In this document: one piece after another, positions 1-11,200 of the stretch
Layout: the number at the start of each line of letters is the position of its first letter
How positions within the stretch are numbered: position 1 is the stretch's first letter
DNA from: Nemertoderma westbladi
Lineage: Eukaryota > Animalia > Xenacoelomorpha
Assembly (NCBI GenBank): GCA_032718475.1
Contig: JAUCBJ010004339.1
Coordinates: forward strand, 1-40,568
Direction: 5' to 3'
DNA: 40,568 bases
Translations under genes and position numbers: made by a program
Notes under the pieces: generated by a model
What the model saw: the letters and a program-made list of their open reading frames with translations, nothing else
The model's database searches: none
Told to the model about the DNA's origin: nothing

Positions 1-766
1 GCGGGGAGTCGCTCGACTCTGATTGGTCGGCTGCGACGCTCGTCTCTGATTGGTCGGCTGCGACGCTCGTCTCTGATTGGTCGGCGGCGGTGGGGGCAAC
101 GACGGATCGGCACATAAGGAACAGCCGTCGGTAAAGCGAAAGAAACTCCGGGAATCCGATGGTTGCGGAATGGAGTTCGTCGTCGAGGAAACGATCGAGA
201 AGTCTCGCGCTAAACTTCGGTAGAACATCGAGGAATAAACGACGGGTTGTCGGTTTATCGATGAACCCGGTACGATCGTAATCAACGGCAACAAACTTAT
301 CATTCGCATCCGCGATTTGCTTGTCGGTTAAATCGTCCGGAATTAGCAACTCCGTATCGGTGACGTTCCGAACGGGAGCAGAACGTTTAGCGATTAGGGA
401 AGTGAGTAACGAGGTGTCGGTAGACTCTGAAACCCCGAGATCCCGCGCCAAGGTAATCCGATCCGGTGCGGACTCGGTTACCATCGGCGCGTTGAGCTCC
501 GGGTCCAGCACACTTGTCGCGTAGTCCAGGTTGTAGAACAGCAGGAACTCGCGAACAACCTGCGTCGTCAGTACGCCGTCGTTGCTGGACAGTAAAGTCT
601 CTACCCGAGGACTCATTCTGGGCGACAGACGCGTTAGGGAATCCTCGTCCTCCAACGCCAGGAACACACTCGCGCGGAGTTGCGCCTTTATTTTAGCCAA
701 CATTCCATTGGCTTCCAACGTGGCGGCCACTAGGTCACGCAGTTCCGTGTCCTCGTCAGCTGACAT
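1..766 (-). CDS. CEP43: Centrosomal protein CEP43 / FGFR1 oncogene partner (FOP), 5' portion, runs off the window
   Basis: Hand translation from ATG at 766 gives 255 open codons: MSADEDTELRDLVAATLEANGMLAKIKAQLRASVFLALEDE...VVREFLLFYNLDYATSVLDPE. This matches the recalled FOP N-terminus (EDTELRDLL..TLE..GVL..IKAELRAAVFLALEE) and LisH motif. It is followed by EF-hand-like KFVAVDYDRTGFID and IGFPEFLSLY. Absent from the ORF track because there is no stop inside the window. Confidence 0.93.
   Translation of the reverse strand, partial: MSADEDTELRDLVAATLEANGMLAKIKAQLRASVFLALEDEDSLTRLSPRMSPRVETLLSSNDGVLTTQVVREFLLFYNLDYATSVLDPELNAPMVTESAPDRITLARDLGVSESTDTSLLTSLIAKRSAPVRNVTDTELLIPDDLTDKQIADANDKFVAVDYDRTGFIDKPTTRRLFLDVLPKFSARLLDRFLDDELHSATIGFPEFLSLYRRLFLMCRSVVAPTAADQSETSVAADQSETSVAADQSESSDSP
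11..85 (-). repeat. 27-bp coding tandem repeat in CEP43 (AADQSETSV, about 3 copies)
   Basis: gctcgtctctgattggtcggctgcgac repeated in frame. Confidence 0.9.
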
Positions 767-914
767 TGTATTTAATTTTATATGACCACCGATGCCGGTT
801 CAAGCAAAACTTTACAAATTAATTCGTCACTGTACCGTACCTAACTTCAACCCGTCATTCGTCTGTTCGTACCAAAACATACCGGTACACAATACAATTT
901 CCTCTGTACTGCTG

Positions 915-1542
915 CCAGGCTGCAAATGAAGTGCAAAAATCGCAACGCGTTGTGCGCGAATTTGAAATAGTGCGCGGTAAAAGCGCGCGGAATTGAAATA
1001 AGAGTGCGCGGAATTATGTGAAAGACAACAAAAGTGCGCAGTAATCTGTGCAAAAGATCAAAAGTTGTAAAGTGCGCGTACAGGTGGATGAGGTGTAAAA
1101 AAGTTTACATGCATTCAAAGTGTGAGAAAAATAATTTGCCACAAAAAATTTCGCTCGCTTCGCTCGCGTTTCGTTTCCATTTTGCACTGTTAGAATGAAA
1201 AAAATTCGCTCACTTTGAGTATTGCTCGCGTTTCTTTTTCATTTTGCACTGTTAGAATGAAAAAATTTCGCTCACTTTGAGTTTTGCTCGCGTTTCTTTT
1301 TATTTTGCACTGTTAGAATGAAAAAAATTCGCTCACTTTGAGTTTTGCTCGCGTTTCTTTTTCATTTTGCAATGTTAATGAAAACGTTTTGCTCGCTTCG
1401 CTCGTGTATGTTTTTCGTTTACATTGTTAAAATGTGGTGTGCGCGTTTTTTTCGGTGCATGCGCGGTATATTGTCCAATATTGCGCGGCTGAAAAATTGT
1501 GCGCAGGCGTTGTGCGCGGTTCAGTGGTGGTTTGCAGCCAGG
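915..1542. mobile_element. Non-autonomous DNA transposon (MITE), hAT/P-like 8-bp TSD
   Basis: Termini ccaggctgcaaa / tttgcagccagg are inverted with 1 mismatch. Flanks are tactgctg (907-914) and tacagctg (1543-1550). Multiple gtgcgcg subterminal motifs occur at both ends. Confidence 0.7.
1143..1404. repeat. About 61-62-bp tandem repeat (about 4 copies) inside the MITE
   Basis: Unit aaaattcgctcactttgagttttgctcgcgtttctttttcattttgcactgttagaatga. Confidence 0.85.
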
Positions 1543-1591
1543 TACAGCTGTAAGGGCCTAATTTTTCTTTCACTTTAGCGAACCGTCGGCA

Positions 1592-1606
1592 GTTACCATC
1601 GGTAAC
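1592..1606. promoter_or_regulatory. Candidate RFX X-box upstream of CEP43
   Basis: GTTACC-ATC-GGTAAC matches the GTNRCC-N0-3-RGYAAC consensus with perfectly palindromic half-sites, upstream of a centrosome/cilium gene. Confidence 0.5.
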
Positions 1607-2520
1607 TTTTGGATAGTTTTACTACTTTTGGATAGTATAGTACTGTAGTATACTGCAATTACTGGTATAATACTGTAGTAGCGGGTTACCTTTACATATC
1701 ATAGCTACAAAATTGTCTACAAATTACCAGTGTCATTCTGACTAGTAAATTGTAGATAGAAAGTAACATTGTTATACTGTAACAACCCTAATGTGAAATG
1801 TGACTTCCCTTTCAATTATATGTTGTCCGAAGTAACCCCAAGGCACCTTTACTTTGGACAAACATTTTGTTAAATTTTAATTCTGAAATTTGTTAATTAA
1901 TAGGCCTATGCAAACTTAGAACTAACTGTTTTTTATAGTGGCAGCCATGGCTGCATGGGCCACCATACCGGTCAGCCGGTAGGCCAATATGATTTGTCGG
2001 AATTATGTAATGCTGTAATGAATGAGTTTATTAGATTATTCCTAATAGAAATAATAACACATTTCATATCGTGAAAGTATCACTTTAAGATAATAGGGCC
2101 TCTAATAATATTATAGTGCATTTACAGCCGTGTGTAACAAAATAGCCGAATAGTATAGAGCCAAAATTTTACTATTGAATTAGCCTTATTGAACAGGTAA
2201 CGGAACAGTATTGAACGAAACATACTTGCTGTAATACAGTAATACTGATATGAAAATGGAAAAGCAAAAATGAAAATGATAGGCCTGCTATAACGTGGCG
2301 TGAATTTAGAGTTTGACCGAATACTCTGACATTACAGCATTACTGACAATGCCAACAAATAAACTAGGTAACAAAATAAACCAATAGGTGTGGTGTACTG
2401 TGTACTGCAGTGCAGTACCTACTGCAATCGGCTACCGGTATAGTATAAGTTGATAACGATCGTTTCCCAAACTTTTATGAATCTGGGTGGAATGTAGACC
2501 AGTAGACTGAATAAAATATA

Positions 2521-4143
2521 AACAGGAATCAATTAGCAGAACAAATTCCAAAAACTAATAGAAATCCAATACGTTATATTAGCCATCGCAAATCAAACTC
2601 CTTCCATTTATCAGAAACCACAAATATTGAAGTAATATATAACATACTAGACTTAGACAACAATTGCTCCACAAACGACCCTTTTCCAACTAAAATATTA
2701 AAAATCATAGCATACGACCTAGCCCCACATTTAACACATTTAATTAACATATCAATAAAAAACGGGTTCTTTCCTAAAATATTAAAAAACGCAAAAATTA
2801 CTGCAGTATTCAAATCAGGCGACCCAGCAGATAGAAACAACTATCGACCGATTTCCGTACTACCCTTATTTAGTAAAATTTTCGAACGTATAATAAATAC
2901 TCAACTACTAAGCTACTTAGATAAATACTCAATACTGACAGATGCACAACACGGCTTTAGAAAAAAATCAACAACTACTGATGCTCTACTAACGGTGACT
3001 GAACGACTTCGAGAAACTCTAGACTCACAGGACTCATGCTGCCTAATATCTATCGACTTAAGGAAGGCCTTTGACACTCTAAACCATGACATACTTCTCA
3101 AAAAACTAGACCAATATGGAATACGAGGCCTTCCCCACAAACTTCTATCCAGCTTTCTTTCTGACAGAACACAAACTGTTGTACTAAATAATATAAACTC
3201 TGATCCGCTAACTCCCACCTGTGGTACACCCCAAGGTGCTATTCTAAGCAGTACCCTCTTCTTACTCTATATAAACGACTTACCAAACTGCACGTCTCTT
3301 ATTACTACACTGTTCGCTGACGACACAAACCTCTTATACACACACAGAAACCCAAATACGTTAATTTCCACTATCAATGACGAACTACAGAAACTAGACG
3401 AATGGCTAAAAGACAACAGACTATCATTAAATCTAAAAAAAACAGAATATCTCATTTTCTCAAATAAATTAAAGAATCCCCCCTCAGACACTATCAAGAT
3501 CAATAATGCAAATATAAACATCAAAACTGAAACAAAATTTTTAGGCATCTGGATAGATAATAAATTGACCTGGAAAAACCATTGTGCTTACGTCCTAAAA
3601 AAAATCTCTAAATCATGCGATATATTTTATAAAATTAGACACATACTACCACTAAAAGTATTAAAAATGTTATATTTCTCGCTAATCCATCCTTACATAT
3701 TATATGGTATAATATTGTGGGGAAGTGCTTATAACAAATATATAAATCCAATCCGTGTCAAAATAAATAAAATAATACGAGCAATAACCTTCAACCACTT
3801 CCAAGCTCATTCCATTCCGATCTATAAATACCTTAATATCTTGCCAATCGAAAATCTATATAACCTAGAAGTAACAAAACTTATGTGGGACATTTACAAT
3901 AACAAAAAAAAGCAATTTATAACGGCCCTATTTACACAAACTTCAGATATCCACAATTATACAACTCGATCCACTACATCCAAAAACTACTTTATTCCAC
4001 GTACCAGACTAATATCAACCCAAAACTCTCTAAAATACAGCGGTGCAATCATATGGAACTCACTAAAAACAGAATTTAAAATGTGCAAATCAAAAAACAC
4101 ACTAGCCAGAAAATTAAAACTTCATATGTTAAGTGAACTTTAA
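2521..4143 (+). CDS. LINE reverse transcriptase (truncated ORF2, no native start)
   Basis: Uninterrupted frame with RT motifs including FADD; stop at 4141-4143. Confidence 0.85.
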   Translation, partial: NRNQLAEQIPKTNRNPIRYISHRKSNSFHLSETTNIEVIYNILDLDNNCSTNDPFPTKILKIIAYDLAPHLTHLINISIKNGFFPKILKNAKITAVFKSGDPADRNNYRPISVLPLFSKIFERIINTQLLSYLDKYSILTDAQHGFRKKSTTTDALLTVTERLRETLDSQDSCCLISIDLRKAFDTLNHDILLKKLDQYGIRGLPHKLLSSFLSDRTQTVVLNNINSDPLTPTCGTPQGAILSSTLFLLYINDLPNCTSLITTLFADDTNLLYTHRNPNTLISTINDELQKLDEWLKDNRLSLNLKKTEYLIFSNKLKNPPSDTIKINNANINIKTETKFLGIWIDNKLTWKNHCAYVLKKISKSCDIFYKIRHILPLKVLKMLYFSLIHPYILYGIILWGSAYNKYINPIRVKINKIIRAITFNHFQAHSIPIYKYLNILPIENLYNLEVTKLMWDIYNNKKKQFITALFTQTSDIHNYTTRSTTSKNYFIPRTRLISTQNSLKYSGAIIWNSLKTEFKMCKSKNTLARKLKLHMLSEL

Positions 4144-4600
4144 TTCCAATATAGTTGCGTATCACTATTAAATTATAAAATAAATAAAAATTATCCTAAA
4201 TTTCGTAACTTCGTAATGCTATCACTCCATCGTCATCGTCAACGCTATTTGCATCATGACTAAATAATATATGAACTAACATTTTTTTTCTTTTTTTTTT
4301 TAAACGTAAACGAAATTTAAAATAAAATTAAAATTACAATTTCGGCACAATACAATACAGTTACTATTATTAGAAAAATAAACTTAAAATAAAATTTAAA
4401 ACTGAAATTTCGGCACATTAAAATAAAGTTACTATTATTAGAAAAATTGCACTGATATATGGCATCGCAGAATATACTCAGGATCACTGGCCGACATCAC
4501 CATAATAACCCAACCGGTGTACCACATCACGATTCTCTGAGAAAAAGAAGGTAAGAGGCAAAACTAGCTATGCTACTGCTTTCTCTCCTTTTTTTTTTGA
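2521..4600 (+). mobile_element. 5'-truncated CR1/L2-group (Crack-like) LINE with intact RT frame and 3' UTR
   Basis: The open frame extends upstream of the tracked ORF to about 2521 (NYRPISVLPLFSKIFE, QHGFRKKSTT, IDLRKAFD, GTPQGAILS, LFADDT, HNYTTR). There is no endonuclease domain. The 3' UTR has a ~68-bp duplication (4313-4447), and the 3' boundary is approximate. Confidence 0.88.
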
Positions 4601-6421
4601 ACAGAACATAAAACGAATAACGCACCCCCTAAAACCATATTACATCAGAACAAAACAAAAATTACAAACAAACGTTCACTGGTGCAATGATTTTATAATT
4701 AAATATTGTGGTATCCCATTATGCGAATAATACACGAGCTCGTTCGAGCTCCATTGATTGAAAAAATTGAACTTTCAACTCCACAGTCGCACAGTCTGAC
4801 AGTCTACGGACCACACAAGCCAGTATTAAAATGACATTACGTCTCTAAGGTAGGCCTACGTCAGTACGTGCTGACGTGTGCGCGCGGTACATTACAGCAT
4901 TATTTTTCATTCGCGGTACCTGTAGGCCCAATGTCGCTCCCTGACAGTTGTGAGCGTTGGGATATGAAACAGCTACACACACACACACACAGACAGACAT
5001 AATGAATGGAAGCACCGGTACCGATACCGTAATGGTATCTGAACCTGTAATGCAGTATGTGATTATTATTATTTGGCGAATTTTTGGTTGTAAATTGGTT
5101 GCTAGGAAACTAATATTTATTGTATTGTGTGTGTGTGTACGTAATCAATCTGAACCTGTAAGTGACTTCACATTAATTCAAAATAAAACACAAGCGGTTG
5201 ATTTGCTTAATTATTCTAAACATGTAGCAAAGAAATATAATTGATTAATAAGTATAACCAGTTTATTTAATTCATGAAACAGGCTATTATAAATATACAT
5301 CATCCATTGAAAATATACGTTTTATATATAAGCGTACATTTATTTGTCACCAAATTAAATACATCCCTCTTGGCAACATCTTTAACAACAATAATTAATT
5401 AGGGATTATTGTAAATGTCCGGCTCGCTCTAATTAATAGTATTATAAATACAACCAGTCTCTTTCTTATAAAAAAAGGTGGACTAACTTCTTACAATATC
5501 AGAGAAATACAGTATCGTTTAAATTGTAGGGTACTTTTACATTAAATTCATTTTTAAGTATATAAAATAATCCACACTTACCGATTAAATAAATTTTCTT
5601 GAAATTATTATTCTTAATTTTGCTTGCTGCATTAATACTTTACTAATAAAATAATCTCGTAGAAATCCAACCAATATGAGGTGTAGGTGGTTGGGAGGTT
5701 CCTCTATTACAATATGATTCTCAGCCGTCTCGTAAAGTATTATCACCCGTGGCATAAAGTCCCCGGTTTTCTACTTAACATACCGGAGTATTATTCCGTA
5801 CTACCGTTATTTTGCGTAGTTAGGTTATCATTCACAATCTTTGAATAAATTAATTTATTCGATTCCGATAAATCGTTCTCAAACATTTATATCACTTACG
5901 TCAGTTGATTGTCTCTGATGGCTTGAATCTATAAAGATTAAAGTCTTTACATCGCGGACGCCCCCACATCATTTCACATTGCGATATATTAATATCTTGT
6001 TTAATTGTTTACCTGCTAAGTATCTGTATCCACATTGACAACGGCGGGTGTTTCTGTTTCTGTTTCATTCTGTGTACCTCCATTTAATTATAGAAATTCG
6101 AGTTGAGCTGATATGGAACACTATTGCGAGATGAAAATATGTAATTATTTTTGGTCTAGTAGATGAAAAATGTAGAATGACGGTTGATGGTGGTTCGGGG
6201 GAACACTCATTAGCGACATAAAATACGATGGTTCGAGCCCCATCGACTTCCATCCATAATTATTCTCGACTACACAAAAATAAATTACATATATTAATTT
6301 CTTTGGATTAGTAATCACCTCTATTGAGTAGGCCTACGGTTCTACTGTAGTAAATAAACATTTAAATTAATTTGTTCATTTATTTGACGATATATTATTT
6401 ATTGACTGTAACGAATTCAAC

Positions 6422-8077
6422 ATGAACTCTAATAATTTCGTTCTAAGTTTCCATTGGTCTTCACTACTGAAAGTAAAATCTATAAAACAATCTCTCCAGA
6501 AGAAAGAGTTCGTTAGTTGGCCGTTAGACATTGACAAACCCACGGGGATGGTGTTACTGAGCGACCTAGACGTAAAGTTCCACACAGCGGCAGCGGTAAT
6601 AGTTTGCGCGACTTCCGAGTACGAGGCCAGTCGTTGGTGTCGCGCAGAAGCGACATACGCATGGCAGATTGGTAAACCGATCGTACCGATAATATTAGAG
6701 GAAGGGTACAGACCACGCGGTTGGTTGGATACAATCTGCGGTCAGTCCGTGATAGACTTTACTAAAGAGCCCTTCCTGGACTGCATGGTTAGGTTGATCA
6801 ACGTGCTGCGTAGGTTGGCGTCTATACCGAAGGATGAGAGACGGGAGGTGGAGACCTTAACCGAGCAGGAGATGGGGCAGGCCTTGAGGAGATTAGTGTG
6901 TGACGATGGACTTATTGATTCAGATGCGGCGTCTTTTCGTAAGATACGCACAGGGAATTCCCGCCCGCGGTCCGCTATGGCTTCAGTCAGTCGTCCCGTT
7001 TCAGCATATAGCAACGGGAGTTTTACGCCTGGTAACCGGTCTGTAGCCCATGGCAACCGCGTAGTGACGTTCGGAAAACGACCTTCTACGGCACGCACAC
7101 CCTCATCTACGCAGGTTGCTATGACTACTAGACCCAGAAGCGCGCGACTCGGTGCATCGGATAGTCTGGTCTCAGCCAACCAACAACGCGTATCCTATCC
7201 AACCACACCATCGGGTTTGGTAGACTTGGAACTCATTACGGAGGGACATCGAATTACCATGAAGGGTCCGGGTTGGTTGAGGCCTAATTACGTTGCTAGG
7301 CATAACAGACAATCTAATTCGTTGCTATGGGTGATAGACGGTAAGGGAGATAACACGGTCACAGTCCTGAGTGCGGATGGTAAGTACGCTGATCAGTTCG
7401 CCGTGTCGCATAGCAACCACGATCCACGGGGGATCTACGCTGGGTGCACTCCGGTTGCTATAGAAACCGACGACAGCGACGGAATCTACGTGGCAACGTG
7501 TTGTTGTGTAAACCGTTGCCTTGACAACGGGGAGGTGATACAACACAGGTGTATAAAGTCTGGTCACCATAACAACGATATACGCGACCTCGCCTTGGAT
7601 TCCCGGGCCGATCTGCTTTTTATCGCCTTGGAGAGGAAAATCGCGGTTGTCAACTCCAGGACGATGGGTCAACTGCATTACCTGCAAACGGAGAACCTAC
7701 GGTCGGAAAGTCGCGTGCAACCGAGGTTTATAAAGTCGGTGCAATTCAACGGGACACGCGATCGTTTACTCGTGTCGCTAAGCGACGGGGTCTACGAGAT
7801 GCAGGCGACCAGACCAGATCGATATAGCTACCCGACCAGTCGCCTTGGAAACCCTACCTGTCTGGCGGTGACCCCTAGCGGCGGAGTTGTATGTGGGGTT
7901 TACGATTACGCAACCGGATTCTTTCAGGTTAAATTATACGATAATCAGTTTCAGTTTCAGGTGTTGCTCTTTACTGAAACTGGACACGTGACGTCTATGG
8001 CAGCGACATCGCGTGACGTCATACTGTGCCAACCATTGAAAAGTCAACTTGTGATTCATAAAAATATTTTGCGCTGA
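6422..8077 (+). CDS. TIR (TIR_2/SARM-like) domain protein with C-terminal NHL-like beta-propeller, 551 aa, single coding exon
   Basis: aa ~5-133 fit the TIR pattern: FVLSFHW...IKQSLQKKEFVSWPLD...AAAVIVCATSEYEASRWCRAEATYAWQIGKPIVPIILEEGYRPRGWL. The linker is S/T/R/P-rich. The C-terminus has blade-like repeats (PVAIETDDSDGIYVA, IRDLALDSRADLLFIA, PTCLAVTPSGGVVCG). CAAC-ATG start context; AATAAA at 8186 and 8200. Confidence 0.85.
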   Translation: MNSNNFVLSFHWSSLLKVKSIKQSLQKKEFVSWPLDIDKPTGMVLLSDLDVKFHTAAAVIVCATSEYEASRWCRAEATYAWQIGKPIVPIILEEGYRPRGWLDTICGQSVIDFTKEPFLDCMVRLINVLRRLASIPKDERREVETLTEQEMGQALRRLVCDDGLIDSDAASFRKIRTGNSRPRSAMASVSRPVSAYSNGSFTPGNRSVAHGNRVVTFGKRPSTARTPSSTQVAMTTRPRSARLGASDSLVSANQQRVSYPTTPSGLVDLELITEGHRITMKGPGWLRPNYVARHNRQSNSLLWVIDGKGDNTVTVLSADGKYADQFAVSHSNHDPRGIYAGCTPVAIETDDSDGIYVATCCCVNRCLDNGEVIQHRCIKSGHHNNDIRDLALDSRADLLFIALERKIAVVNSRTMGQLHYLQTENLRSESRVQPRFIKSVQFNGTRDRLLVSLSDGVYEMQATRPDRYSYPTSRLGNPTCLAVTPSGGVVCGVYDYATGFFQVKLYDNQFQFQVLLFTETGHVTSMAATSRDVILCQPLKSQLVIHKNILR

Positions 8078-8232
8078 TTTTATGTACGACAATTTAACCC
8101 TACATTAATTGAAGACCCTACCCGTATATTATATAATATTTCCATATATATGGCCCAAGTACATCGACATTAAATTTGTACATGTAATAAATAATACACA
8201 ATAAATATTAAATAGTAAAGTATAATATAATA

Positions 8233-11200
8233 CGTCTATAATAAATCTATACTGGATGCTCCTCTACCAGTGTTAGGTAACCTAACCCAGGAGGCACACT
8301 TGGTTCAGGGTGTAACAAATGGACCCCTACAGTCGGCAGCAGGGCTGTAGGCCATGGATAGGCGGAAGGTAATCAACCAACGGCTAGACATGCTGACAAG
8401 GTCGGCGGAAGGTAATCAACCAACGGCGACCTACTGCGAAGACGCTTGTAGGAGTTGCGACCACAAGCGGTTTACTCCCGCAACTGAAAGACATGAGTAT
8501 GAGAACCCTCCAGGAGAAATACCGGCTCGGTCGTCGCCCGGGTCAACAAGGACCGCGTCCCTCAGTGGTACACCAGGCTGGGGTCGATTAATTGGCTACT
8601 GGAACAGAAGACAGAGAAGAAAGAAGAACCAACCTGTTGAAATGTAAAAAGACACTAAAGATTGCTACAATGAACGCACGCACGCTGAAAGCACAGAGCA
8701 AAAAGGGTGACATGGTCGCTCTGGCAATGGAATATAACATCGACATCATCTGCATCCAAGAACATCGGATTTGTCATGAAGACACTGCCATGAAGTACAA
8801 TGACATTGGAAATGGATGGACGTTAGTAACAAGCTCAGCAGTAAGAAACTCGGTCAATGCATCAATTGGTGGAGTAGGAATTCTGCTAAGCCCATTTGCA
8901 CTTAAGACCCTAAACAACATCGAATCTATAAATTCCAGGGTTATGATCGCAACATTTGATGGGAATCCCAAGACAACAGTTATATGTTGCTACAGTCCAA
9001 CCAATGCATCAGAGCCAGAACAAGCAGTCAAGTTTTATGAAGAACTGACTGGACTTATTAAGGACATCCCGAAACACAATGTTAAAGTCATTGCTGGTGA
9101 CCTGAATGCGCAAATTGGCCCAGAAGACATCAAGGGTTACACCTATAACACCAGTTCTAACAGAAATGGGTACTTACTCTTAGACCTAATGGAAGAATGT
9201 GAATTGATACCAACAAACAACACATTCGAAAAGAGTAAGGGGAAGCTATGGACCTTTCAATACCCTAATGGAACCAAAGCACAACTGGATTACATCCTTA
9301 TAAACAAAAAGTGGAGAAATAGCATGATCAACTGCGAGGCATACAGCTCGTTCAACCTAATTGGTTCGGACCACAGAATTGTGACTGCAGAGATCAGACT
9401 CAGTTTGAGAGCCAGCAAACCCAGGACAAGCAAGATAATCAACTATGACTGGGAGAAACTCAGAACTGACAATGCTGTAAAGGATGCTTATACAGTAGAA
9501 GTTCAAAACCGCTTTGAAGCACTTCAGTCAATGGATGAAGACCAATCCACCGATTCAATATACCAGAATATAATAACAGCCCACAAGGAATCAGCTAAGA
9601 GGCATATCCCCCAGAAACCTAAACGAAAACAGTATGTGCCATGGCAAAACTCTGAGGTTACTTGTAAGAGAGAAGATCTTAAGATAGCCTACAAAGTTAA
9701 AACCGAACAACCAACAACCGAAAACATTAACAAGCTTGAGAAAGCTAAGGACGACCTTAAATTATTAAATTGGCCTACAACATCAGCCAGGAAGAGTACA
9801 TACAGGATAAAATTGCAGCAATTACAACTGCTCACAAACAGCAACAATCAAGACTTACCTGGCAAACTGTAAATGAGGTATCTGGTCGGAAAAGTTGTAC
9901 CAAAGGGCGCCTCAAAGCCGATAGTCCTGAAGAACGTGTTGGGAAGTGGAAAAATCAATTCGGCAACTTGCTTGGGCAGCCACCAAACATCGAGGTCAGC
10001 CCAACAAGGAAAATATATGACAAGACACTACCTATAGAAACAGGGGACTTCACACCTGCCGAACTCCAAAGAAGCATTAAAAGCATGTCCAATAATAAAG
10101 CGAGTGGATTAGATGAAATCCCAGCGGAGGTATGGAAAACCGGAGTGCTAAACAGACCATTATTGAATGTTTGCAACCGGATGTTAAAAGGGGAAAAGCC
10201 ACCACCAATTTGGATTAAAGATCAACTAAAGCCTCTCCCCAAGAAAGGAGACCTCGGTATACCAACAAACTATCGTGGGATCTGTCTGCTTGTGGTAGCT
10301 GCCAAAATATACAATAAAATGATTCTATATAGGATTAGGCCTCACATAGAGAAACTACTGCGTAAGAGCCAAAACGGATTTCGACCAAGTAGATCAACAA
10401 TAGCTCAGATACTTGCACTACGGAGACTGATTGAAGGAATTAAGTCAAAGAATCTCCCCGCAGTCATGACTTTTGTGGACTTCAAGAAGGCATTCGACTC
10501 CATCCATAGAGGTAAAATGCTTGAAATCCTAAGAGCTTATGGAATACCAGAAGTAATTGTTGCTGGCATTGGATTGTTATATTGTGACACAGAAACGCAG
10601 GTACTCTCACCAGATGGTGAAACTGAGTTTTTCTCAATCCTGGCTGGCGTACTGCAAGGTGACACATTAGCACCATTACTATTTGTAATTGTGCTGGATT
10701 ACGCAATGAGGACGGCCACAAAGGGTGAAGACCTGGGATTCACACTTCAAGAACGCAGAAGTAGTAGATATCCGGCAACTACAGTCACAGACACCGACTT
10801 TGCGGATGACATCGCCCTGCTCTCTAATACGCTAGCAGATGCACAGCTTCTACTAAATAAAGTGGAGAGGGCTGCTAAGGAGGTTGGATTGCATATAAAT
10901 GCTACCAAGACCGAATTCATGACCTTTAATGTTGATGGAAACTTGCAAACCATTGATAATAATCAACTAAGGAAGGTCGATGACTTCCAGTACCTTGGAT
11001 CATGGATAGAGAGTAGCAAAAAGGACATAGAAGTTAGGAAAGCAAAGGCTTGGGTAGCTCTATCAAAAATGGATACCATCTGGAAATCAGATCTCTCCAG
11101 GCACCTGAAGACCAAGTTCTTTCGAGCCACAGTGGAAAGTGTATTTTTATACGGGGGTGAGACTTGGACACTGACTAAATCACTTGAACAACGAATTGAT

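Noticed and set aside
321-1578. Short tracked ORFs at 321, 514, 582, 847 and 1345
   Set aside because: Antisense shadows of CEP43 or chance frames within the MITE.
7043-7057. X-box-like gtagcccatggcaac
   Set aside because: Lies inside coding sequence and is an imperfect match; likely chance.
6422-8077. Bacterial horizontal origin of the TIR gene
   Set aside because: Lack of introns is shared by neighbouring genuine animal genes and TIR_2 domains are common in invertebrates; no support without a phylogeny.
8480-8540. Hammerhead or twister ribozyme core in the RTE 5' UTR
   Set aside because: ctgaaaga does not match CUGANGA, and the twister conserved segments were not found by eye.
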